Under the pieces are notes generated by a model that did no database searches, was not told the origin of the DNA, and saw only the letters and a list, made by a program, of their open reading frames with translations. Made by a program: the position numbers and the translations under genes. Positions 11,871-22,264 of a stretch of 64,000 nt of DNA are shown one piece after another (position 1 is the stretch's first letter; each line of letters opens with the position of its first letter). The stretch is from the NCBI GenBank assembly GCA_964016885.1, contig OZ024740.1, positions 59,458,001-59,522,000 of the forward strand, read 5' to 3'. Source of the DNA: Eledone cirrhosa (taxonomy: Eukaryota).

Positions 11871-12061
11871 TTATATGAAGCGAGCGACATTCGCATCAGA
11901 AGCAAATTATCTGGTACGCGAAATGTGCTCGCTTCAAATGTCAACAGCATTGTAATAAATATTGTCTGTACATGTAAACAAAGTGTGTTTATATTTTTTG
12001 CGACACCCTGTATATGTATACATCCTGCCCATCCCCTCAATCTATTTTATTTTTCATTCTT

Positions 12062-12097
12062 TCTTCTGATGAAGGACTAGCGTCCGAAACGTTAAGA
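12062..12097 (+). ncRNA. Minimal type I hammerhead ribozyme in a PLE pseudo-LTR-like fragment (~11870-12182)
   Basis: TCTT CTGATGA A GGAC-TAGC-GTCC GAA ACGT T AAGA: stem I TCTT/AAGA, stem II GGAC/GTCC, palindromic stem III ACGT. Confidence 0.8.
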
Positions 12098-12181
12098 CCC
12101 TCTTCCTGCTATATTAAGCGTTAACCTAATATATACCTTCCATATACTGTACCGATTGTGTTGTTATTTCTGTTTACCTTT

Positions 12182-12232
<51 letters not shown>

Positions 12233-12944
12233 TCATCATCATCATCATCTATATATGGAATGAGGTGGATGGGCAGAAATTCACTGCAACTAAGTTGAAC
12301 AGAAAAGACAACTACTAATGTAGCAGGAGAGAAGTTTGTTATATGTAAGCGTGTATATATAAATATAAGGAAAAAAATCCATGAATATTTTAATATAACC
12401 TTATTGCCAGACAACATCTCATAATTGACTGCTACTGGAGAGGTGAAATCTTGGGAGTACATACCTCTCAGTTGATTAAATTCTTATCCTAAAGACAGAT
12501 CCTTAATATTTCTCATGAATTGAGGTCAAATATATGTATGCATGAGTTCAATGGTATTCTGTCCTTTAAAATTGGTTTCAGATTTTCCACAAAATGCACA
12601 TATTTATTATTTTTGTTTATATAACAATTAATAAACAATAGGTTTATTGGCTGCCAGATTCTAATGGATCAATCAATAGTTCATTGCATTTCTGATAGTG
12701 AAAGTAACATGAGTTTGTTGTTAACCTGATGCAGAACGAATATAAAGCAATGTTTTTTTTTATTATTGGTGATGTTTATATATATTATCAAAGAATTCAT
12801 ACACAGAAACATATAAATGTATATATATTATATGTTGACAATACGTCATGGAGTCGGCATATCATCTACAAGTGAAATGGAGTGATTAAGTCTTATTGTA
12901 CATATAGTTCATTGATTGCGATGATAAAATACAACACAATATAT

Positions 12945-14262
12945 ATATGCCTAGGAAAAGTACAAAAGTTCATAGCCAAGAATAAAGATTTGACAGAGTG
13001 CCTTGATCTATTATCTGGTGGTCCTTAAGGAAATTAGGTGTAGAAGAATGGCTTATGAGAGCAGTGCAAGCCATATACTAAGGAGTTGCGAGTAAAGTGA
13101 GATTAGCAAGTGAGTTTAGTGAGGAATTTGATGTACAGGTAAGAGTTTATCAAGGTTCGGTTCTTAGCCTGCTGCTGTTCATCATGGTTTTCCAGACCAT
13201 AACAGAGGAGTTTAAAGCTGGCTGTCTATGAGAACTTATTTACATGGTTAACCTGGTCCTTATAGCTGAATCCATAAAAGAACTGGAAAATAAGTTCCAA
13301 CTATGGAAACAGAATTTGGAATCAAAAGATCTGAGAGTAAACTTAACCAAAACTAAGTGCTACTAAGTAGGAAAGAAGATAGTTGTCCTGATTGCATCCA
13401 GGAAGAGACCCTGCTCAATATGTAGAAAAGAAGTAGGCATAAACTCCATCCGGTGTACACAATATAAATCTAGGGTACACAAAAGAGTTGTAGTGAGATA
13501 ACGGGTAGACTAACAGGAATGGAAGACTTTTTATATAGAAGATGCATAGGGGTACTCAAGAGGAACAGTGTCAGTAATATAAACCTTTCCCAGTCATTAG
13601 AAGGGTCCATTAAAGGGGTTGATAGCCTCTACTAAGTGATTTAATTAGCAGTGGTTGATAGCCTCTGCTAAGTGACTTAATTAGCAGTGGAGAAGGGTGC
13701 TCTGAGAGCATAATTGTTAGAATAAGGATATGACGGAAAAGATTTAGAGAGCTACTCCCACTGTAGAGAGCTACTCTGACTGTAGAGAACAAAGGCTTAC
13801 TCCCTACATACAAAAGGATGACTATATGACACCTGTGTGCAAAGTGTGATGCTGCATCATAGTGAAATACAGGCTGTGACTGCAGAGGACATGCATAGAC
13901 TGTAGATAAATGAAGCAATCATGCTTGGTTGGTTGTTCAATATAAATGTGAGAGAAAGGCAGAGCTTTGATCAGCAGAGGGAAAAGCTGGGTTTAAAAGG
14001 AATCTGAGGTGGTGTGCAGGAGAGGAGATTGCATTGGTACAGATATGTGATGTGCATGAGGAAAAAGCACCAGGAAATCCGAGTTGAAGGAAGCCGCAGT
14101 AGAGGTAGACCAAGAAAGACCTGAGCAGAGATGGCGTGAGCTGACCTGAAATCACTGTGACTCACAGAGGAGATGAGGAGGGAACACAGCAAGTGGGGAG
14201 ATGCTGTGCTGAGAAGGACCTGTCCAATCCATGCAAGCGTGGAAACATGGATGTAAAAACTA
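12945..14262 (+). mobile_element. Decayed RTE LINE (RT, Cys-rich segment, 3' end)
   Basis: Collinear with 29750-31400: WLMRAVQA, QGSVLSLLLFI, NLTKTK and GRPRKT* motifs, with many stops. Confidence 0.85.
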
Positions 14263-14325
14263 TCTTGCTGTATAAATATATCATCATCATCGTTTAACGT
14301 CCATTTTCCACGCTAGCATGGGTCT

Positions 14326-14376
<51 letters not shown>

Positions 14377-14436
14377 AATCGCTTCTACATGACTAGAACT
14401 GTTTTCTTCGAATGAAACAGTTCTAGTCATATAGAA

Positions 14437-14642
14437 CAGGCATGTCAAACATGTGGCCTGTGGATTGCATGCAGCCCTTAACAAGCACACCTGCAACCCG
14501 CACAAAAGTTGTTACAGCACGAGCATGTTTCATCTTTGTAATATAAAATAAAATAAATTAGTTGCAATGTGCGCAATTAGTTGTCATGTGTGGCTCTCAG
14601 ACAACACATATGTGACCCATGTGACTCAGTTTGACATGTCTG
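14437..14642. mobile_element. hAT (Charlie-type) MITE
   Basis: TIRs CAGGCATGTCAAAC / GTTTGACATGTCTG; 8-bp TSD ATATAGAA on both sides (14429-14436 and 14643-14650) with central TA. Confidence 0.88.
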
Positions 14643-14858
14643 ATATAGAAGCCATTTCTATATTAAATTTTGTATATACTCTACTATGTATTGAGTACCT
14701 TACTTACTGTGGTTACCCCCGATTGAACCTGTGACTCACACACACGTATATATATATATAGTTTAGAAAAAGTAAGAGAAACGCAAACATAAGACAATTC
14801 CCGCTCTTCGGCTGTCTGTTGTGGGTCACTGATGTTTCGACGCTATATATATATATAC

Positions 14859-15450
14859 AGTGAGTTAGAAACTCAGAGTAGTCTCTTACAATTACATAAC
14901 TCTAAGAAAAAAGCGTTTCCGAGCCGTGTAATATAAATGAATAAACAAGAGAGATGAACACTAATATAAACATACATGTGTTCGAATCGTAAGAGACTAC
15001 TCTGAGTTTCTAACTCACTATATATTTGTCGGCTCCATCATGTAGAGCTAATTTTAATGTCTTGTTAACCAGGCTGTTATTTTTAGCGGCATGGAATTTC
15101 GAGACAAGCTGGGTTCCGGAGACACGTGCGCTATTTCATATCGCACACAATTCAGTCTTCTAATATTTTTAGAAGTGGAAGGATCGCTAATTTCTCAACA
15201 ACTACAGAGGAGCAGAGAAAGGTGTTGACTTCACTTAATAAGATGTTGCGAAACAGTTTTCAAAACTGTCTAGTTGTTACCAGGCTATTGCCTGATATAG
15301 GTCTGTTATTTTTCTTAATTTACTACTTAAAATTAAGTCTAACAAACCATATTGGTGTAGTTAGTATTTTTTCACCCTAGCTAACCTAGTCCTTATGATT
15401 CGAACACATGTATGTTTATATTAGTGTTCATCTCTCTTGTTTATTTAATT
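14859..15450. repeat. Nested inverted repeats between (TA)n tracts, probably a PLE pseudo-LTR remnant
   Basis: 14859-14892 inverted vs ~14989-15020; ~14935-14992 inverted vs ~15392-15448. Confidence 0.6.
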
Positions 15451-15676
15451 ATATATATATATATATACAGTCTAAAATATTTTCCTGAGTCCTGTATTTT
15501 TGTTGCTCTAGTGATGCGGCTGGACTGCCAATCGCTATATTTGATTTGCTAAGCTGTCTAAACGTATTGTTATTACTCTGGGTACTTTTCCCCATCCGAG
15601 TGCTAAAGCTACAGACCGAATTTGCATTCGTTAGCTTGGCCACGATCTAAAGCTTCGTTAATGCTGTACTAAAATT

Positions 15677-15752
<76 letters not shown>

Positions 15753-15774
15753 TATATGTGTGTGTGTGTGTGTA

Positions 15775-15828
<54 letters not shown>

Positions 15829-17265
15829 CTTTACTCTGGGTGAGAAATGTATTAACATTTCACACTCTTGAGTGCTTTGTCACTGCTTCAAACAATTTTA
15901 TTGGTATCTGATCTATTTCAGCTACAACTTCAATTTATACTTAATGTAATATTATTCTCCTGATTGACTAACAACTTTGTTTATAATCCGAGAGCTTTCT
16001 TTGTGTCTGTGAAAATCTTTGTTAACACCTTGAATTTTCCCACCAATATTTCTGCCAAATGACCTTCCTCATTTGAGAGAGGTCATATAATAATACAAAA
16101 GAGTATACTACGGTATACTACGTTCCTGATTCATCGTGGTAGGACTAACAGCAGATATTATATAAAGGAACACCTTCTGACTCCAGTTAATTAATTGTAT
16201 AACAGCCTATTAGGTGCACATACAACTTGCATATGCATTTTGCAACTTGTGATTCACTTTTACATGGAGTGTCAGAAACCAATCAAACCATATGGAAAAC
16301 TTTAAATTCAGGGACCTTGTTTGTTGCCCATAAATCTAAATGCTCACTAAATGGTATATGCTTTGCAGAGGTAAATTGTCATTCTGCTTAAGAGGGGGAG
16401 TTTGTTTGCCCTATGTAATATTCGTTACTACACCCTTTACATTTAATGGCATATATTAAATTTTTTGATAAACAGATTATTTTTTACAAAAAAGTTTGTC
16501 CTGATTTAAATTTATACAGTGTGTCCTCGATGAAGTTAATGCAAGCTCCGAAATTAGGGTGACCACACTTTTTGACTGTTGGTGTTGGGTTTGTAGTGCA
16601 TAATTTGGTGCTTCTGAGTAGTTTTTAAAGCGATTTTGATTGTCTTTTGCTTTTGATTATTTTAATTGTTCCGAGTGCCATTTTCATTCTTCGGTCTTGT
16701 CTCAATTATGGGATGTTCTTGTGGATAATGTTGTATGCCTCTGTATTTCTTGGATTGTGGTAAAATATTGGAGGTGTCTGAAGTTTGTATTTTTTCATAA
16801 TTCTTGAATATGTGTTGCTTTGGCACATTCAATTCCATTGACTATTAATAATGATGGATATTATCTTTTGAGTAGAATTTCTTTTAGTTCTTGGTGTCTT
16901 TTATTCTGAGTTTCATAATTTGAGATAATTGTACAAATTCTTATTACTATTTTAAATGAAATATTTGTCTTCATGTGTTTCGGATGGCTTGAACTGAATA
17001 ATTAGCATTGTTTAGAATCTGTTGGTTTGTAGTGAATGTCAGTTTCAATATTTGTGTCATTGTTATGATTAGAATGTCCAGGAATGGTCGTTGCTTTTGA
17101 CTATATTCCATTGTGAATTGGATATTGTTATTGATGCTTTTAATTAGAGTCTTAAATTCATTGAGTTGGTCGATTGTGCAAGTCCATAGAATAAGGCAAT
17201 CAACCAACTAACGTTTCCAGTTGTCTAGTGAATATTTGTGGAAATTCAGGTTATATATTAAACTG

Positions 17266-17497
17266 AAGGCACATGGCTGATTGGTTAGGGAATTGGATTC
17301 ACAATCATGAGGTTGTGATTTCGATTCCCGGACCGGGTGATGCGTTATGTCCTTGAGCAAGACACTTTATTTCACGTTGCTCCTTCTACCAGGAGTTGCT
17401 ACCGATAGATAGTATTAGCAATTGGAAAGACCCATGGAAACATTGTTTCCTCGGTCCGATTTGATGAAAGTTTGCACCCATCGCAGTACCTGATACT
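17266..17497 (+). mobile_element. tRNA-derived SINE, same head and core, different tail
   Basis: GGCACATGGCTGATTGGTTAG..GATTTCGATTCCCGGACCGGG..CCTTGAGCAAGACAC. Confidence 0.8.
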
Positions 17498-17498
17498 T

Positions 17499-17722
17499 CA
17501 TCATCATCATCATCATCATCATTTTACGTCCCTTTTCCCTGCTTGCAAGGGTGGGACGGGTCCTATTCAGCACAACATCTCTCCACTTGTCACGGTCCTT
17601 CGTCATCTCTTCCGTGAGCTTCAGCGATTTGAGGTCGACTCTACCACCTCCACCCATGTTTTTAGTGGTCTTCCTCTACTGCATCTTCCTTCTACTGGCA
17701 TTTCTTGGCACTTCTTTACACT
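17499..17722 (-). mobile_element. RTE 3' fragment
   Basis: (CAT)n tail; encodes DLKSLKLTEEMTKDRDKWRDVVL. Confidence 0.8.
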
Positions 17723-18589
17723 TGTTTGTAAATATTGCCATTAAAATAAAAAAAATTGTTTTGTAGAATGAATTTTAATTTCTCGGTGATATACATTCTT
17801 ATCTATTTTTTTCCTGGATCACATTAGGAAAGTTTTCTAGCCAGAAATCCATTGTCTCTCATCCGTATTGGTGTGGTGAGGTTTACGACATAAAAAAACA
17901 AACAATAGTGTCTCTGTTGATGTGTTTAGGCAATAGTGTCTCTGTTGACGTGTTTAGGCAGGTGGGTTAAGAGGTCCAGGATAATTCTTATAAGGCTTGG
18001 TATATATTTCAGAATTGGTTTCAATAATATGTCTATAAAGTTACTGACATCATTAATCCTTTTGCTCTTGTGGATTTTCGTAAGTCCATAAAGGTTTACT
18101 AGCTTAGCAATCAAAAATAGTTAAATAGTCACATTCTTTTTGTGTTAAGCCTTTTTGATGTTGGTAGACGAGCCTGTTTAGTCTGGACATCGTGTTTGAT
18201 TAGTGGTAATTGTTTACCATTTCACAATAGCTCGTGACTTGTGAGAGAAAGGATATAAACTTTTTATACTGTTCAACATCCATAATGACGACAGTACTTC
18301 ATTATCCACATCATTAATTATGTTGCCATGATTGTTCTTCAGTTCGTGGATAACTTTTGGCGCAAATTTACCACAAAAGTCCATGCCTAATCACGTGATC
18401 TTCCTCAACCTATCAAATTGTTGGTCAAAATAGCAATCTGAGCCTCTTTTACTGCATGAAACTAAAAGAAATCCCCAACGTTAGTTAGATCCAAGTTACA
18501 AATTCGCATAGCCATACATCATCTCCATCTCTCTTAACTTTTGAAAATTATGAGACTGCTAAAGTTATATGTGTGTATATATATATATA

Positions 18590-18638
<49 letters not shown>

Positions 18639-19849
18639 CGTAATTGCTAGTAACTAAAATGTGTGCACTCTGAACTGCTGGTTCCAGTGGCATTACTGCA
18701 ATCTAGCAGATTTATTGAGTGGGTAAGGCTTTGGCCAGAGACTGTTGAGTTAATATCAACGATTTTCGTAAACATTGTATATTTATATATATAAAGGGAA
18801 GATGGACATTGTTTAGTGTACCGAACTTGCATGCTACACCGTTCATCCAATTTTCATGAAACCTCACACATATATAAAACTCAACGCGTAGAGTGGAATA
18901 GGCTACTTGAAATTTTCGAAAAATCGATAATCGGGCCCTATGACAGAATGTTTTTCGATTCCAATGAAATTTTATGTGAATTCGAACACAAGAACTCTTA
19001 GTTTACATCTGGCGCAATAAAAATAAATTTCATATGCCCATATAAGGACGTGCGTTATTGATTGGACGGCCAGCTGCATGTCTTCCCAGCTGTCTCAGTA
19101 AACGACCGACCATTAAAGAGTTGATCTTTTCATATTCCACATTATTCAAGTGGAAATACAGTATTATCCCTATCTGAAAAGGGAACCAAATTTAATGGTG
19201 TCTTTTGTGAACCTAAAAGCTGTGAGTAAATTTTCAAACAGTCTTAAATAATCATGCTTTTTGAAAAAAAAATTACTAAATAATACGTTGACCAAGTTGT
19301 ATTGTACACATACAATACAAGTAAAAAAATTTACGTCGTACCAATGTTTTCCTTTTTTAAACAAAAGATTCTAAAAAATTACTTAATTTATAATACAGTC
19401 TTTTGCACAGGAAGTGAGTAACTTTTCGGGTGTTTAAACGTAAGTTCACCAGGGTTTGTGTCTTCATTATTAGCCCACCTCTAATGGCATTTTTTGTTCT
19501 GCTTACGACTAAATGTTATGAGCGTATTTGCAATTAATTGCGCACACGTGCACACCTGCATGCAGATAGACACTGACAGCCAATAAAAAATCGATAACTT
19601 GCTTATTAAGATATCGGTCAAAAAGAGAGATTGAATGTACTTTAGAACATTTTTTAATATATTGTTCTTTTTGGCATGATATGTCAGAAATATAGCTACT
19701 ATACACTTTGGTTATTTTTTGTAACTAAAAAACGGTTCCTTTTGGGTGGATACTTAACGAGAAAAATCCTAGGGTTTGGGACAAGTTTGTTTCAGGCGCT
19801 GTATAGACGCCTATTTTGTCACACCTTGGTCATGAATTCGTATTCTTTT

Positions 19850-20110
19850 CCAATAGATATTTTCCGCTCTATAAGGCTCACCAGGATATAAGGCGTATCA
19901 TTTAAAATCAGGTCCGCGCAACGGCGTGTAAGGCCAACCAGGAAAATGCTATCTTCTTTACTTTTAGTCTAGATCTATTACTTCTGTTAGAGCCGTGATT
20001 GATTACATTGTATTATTTATACATAAGGCTCACCGGACTATAAAGCGCAGAGCTGTTTTTTGATTAAATTTAATTATTTTAAGTGCAATTTATAGACGGG
20101 AAAATTCGGT
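19850..20110. mobile_element. Tc2/pogo-like MITE end
   Basis: Subterminal repeats TAAGGCTCACC(A)GGA..TATAA(G/A)GCG and terminus ..TTTATAGACGGGAAAATTCGG|TA; partner TIR not found. Confidence 0.4.
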
Positions 20111-20233
20111 AAGTTATTGTAATCATATTTCCAAACCTTCCCATTCACCAGTAACCATGCTAACGAATCTGGTGTCATCTCTCTCTGTATTTAATCACCT
20201 CTCTCTAACCTAATAGCTTCGTTACACGTCGTT

Positions 20234-20792
20234 ATGCCCACACGGAAACGTTCAAGACTTACCTCCAAAAAAGGTACAGCTATTGCTTTGAGACAACGAA
20301 TTAGGCGTTCTCGGGTATGAGTTCATTCACAATTGATTAATCCTTTATGCAATATTCTCCCTTAATGTTAGCAAGTACTGCGTTTATCCTAACTGTCACC
20401 ACTTTTAAGCAACTACAACATTCTAATCGTAGTTATATTAAATTTATTGTCTTACCTTGATTCCCTTTTGTTCATGTTAGACTTTTCTCATTTACTATTG
20501 ACACTGCCATTGGCTTAGCTAACCAGTAGAATTAATTAATTTTCTCTAGGAAACACCTGCTGAGCGCGAATCTCAACTCGCTGATAGACGTCTTTCCCGG
20601 CTGGTTGAGTCACCAACATCACGTACGACAAGGCTTGCTGATGTTCGCCTTCGTCGCCAACAAGCGCTGACGGAGGAATCACCAACATCCCGCCAGACGA
20701 GGCTTGAGGCTGTGGCAAAGGGCAATAACCCTAGATACAATTTTGATCAACCTTTTTTCACCTATAGCAAATTTACCGGGACAGGTTTTTAG
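20234..20792 (+). CDS. Putative two-exon STPR-repeat mini-ORF from a Helitron N-terminus; exons 20234-20314 and 20550-20792, 107 aa
   Basis: ATG..MPTRKRSRL..RIRRSR, donor GTATGA, acceptor TTTCTCTAG, phase-0 join to ETPAERESQLADRR.. ESPTSRTTRLADVRLRRQQALTE ESPTSRQTRLE (23-aa period). Confidence 0.6.
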
Positions 20793-21363
20793 CTACTCAA
20801 ATCTACTTCAGAGATCAAGCATTGATGTAAAAAATCAATAAAACTGAAGCGGGGCTCGACTTTGCGCAAAAAAACAAGGCAAAGTTACACATGGGAAAAC
20901 TTTTTACAGGAACGTCCTATATTCTTGAAAACACTCACAAAAGACTCGCCATTATGCCGCGGTTAAGATAAAGGCCCTTTTAATTCTTCTTCTGCACATG
21001 TGAGCGCAAAAATTGTAAAAAAAAAAAACCCCTGAAAGTAATCGACATTTTCACCCTGCTTTAAATTAACTGAACATTCAATATCAAGCGATTTTGACTT
21101 CCGTCAGTCGTGCAGAGAACAATTTCAACGATACACTGTGTAACTTCAATTAATAAATTACACACCTGTGTCTACTAACCTATTTTTTTCCATTGAAGTT
21201 CGAAGTTTTGTACCTGTGATGCACGGTAAGTAACTTTCACACATTCTAACAGACCAAAGATCGACTTACACCCGGGCAACGCCGGGTACTTCTGCTAGTA
21301 TATATATAAACATAACTAAAGGATTGCAAATTATATGGTTTATACAATAATTACTTTGATTTG

Positions 21364-21750
21364 GAGGCACATGGCTTAGTGGTTAGAGCATTGGCCTTGC
21401 AATAGAAAGGTTGTGAGTTCAATTCTCAGACCGGGTGATGTGTTGTTTCCTTGAGCAAGACACTTTATTTCCCATTGCTCCAGTTTACTCAGCTGTAGAA
21501 ATGAGATGATAGGGACTGGGGTCCATATCATTCACTGCAAAGTGGTCGTGGAGGTGCCACGGCAAAAAAGCACCCAGCCCACTCTGTAAAAGTGGACGTG
21601 TAGGCGCCACGACAAAAAAGTACCCAGTAAATGAGGTTGGTATTAGGAAGGGCATCCAGCTGTAGAAATCAAGCCAGAATCAGTTCCCGTCCCACCCTTT
21701 GCAAGCAGGGAAAAGGCGGACGTAAAATGAAATGATGATGATGATGATGA
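21364..21750 (+). mobile_element. tRNA-derived SINE with RTE tail
   Basis: A/B-box head, CCTTGAGCAAGACAC core, RTE 3'UTR, (GAT)n tail. Confidence 0.88.
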
Positions 21751-22206
21751 TTTCTATGTCCTATTTAGTGGTAAATTAGCCACTCATGACACTTAGCTCA
21801 TTTATTCAATATGAATTTTACTTGTTTACACAATGATCAAGTTTAAAAAATAACTTCTGTTTGTGCATTATGAAAAAAGTCTGGACATAAATCTTAATTG
21901 ACAAAAATATGTAATTTCCTTTTGAAGATTACAGTGAAAAGGAAATGAAAATCATTATTTTCATTCTCTTATCACAGTAAATTTGGTGCCTCCACTGGAG
22001 TGGATAGAAAGAGGAAAATGTGGTGAATAAATAGAATAAAATGGAAAAATTGTAAGATAAGAAAGCAAACTAGAGAGGGGAAGGGGTATAAAGGAAAGGA
22101 AAAAGCAATAAAGGTAAGAAATCTATGAGTGGCAAAGCTGAAATACAGTTAGTTAATAAAAGTTAATGTTGGGACACACACACACACTGAAACACATATG
22201 TACACG

Positions 22207-22261
<55 letters not shown>

Positions 22262-22264
<3 letters not shown>

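Larger units (their letters stand above)
16430..18355 (-). mobile_element. Decayed Penelope-like element (Neptune-like) RT and linker, interrupted by SINE and RTE insertions
   Basis: Minus-strand remnants STVVIMD, LYGLTKIHKS, WKR*LVDCLILW, PFLDILI, SHPKH and KKCGHPNFGAC. Confidence 0.8.
18782..21298 (+). mobile_element. Non-autonomous Helitron (5' boundary tentative)
   Basis: 3' end has hairpin ACCCGG-GCAACG-CCGGGT then CTAG|T (21270-21299). Contains STPR-type RepHel N-terminal exons. 5' T(T)TATATATATAAAG-like start at ~18782. Confidence 0.65.

Noticed and set aside
16524-16562. CTCGATGA..GAAA hammerhead-like string
   Set aside because: Core is wrong, and the opposite strand is PLE coding sequence (KKCGHPNFGACINF)
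21364-21435. Possible tRNA genes
   Set aside because: SINE heads continuing into core and tail; cloverleaf degenerate
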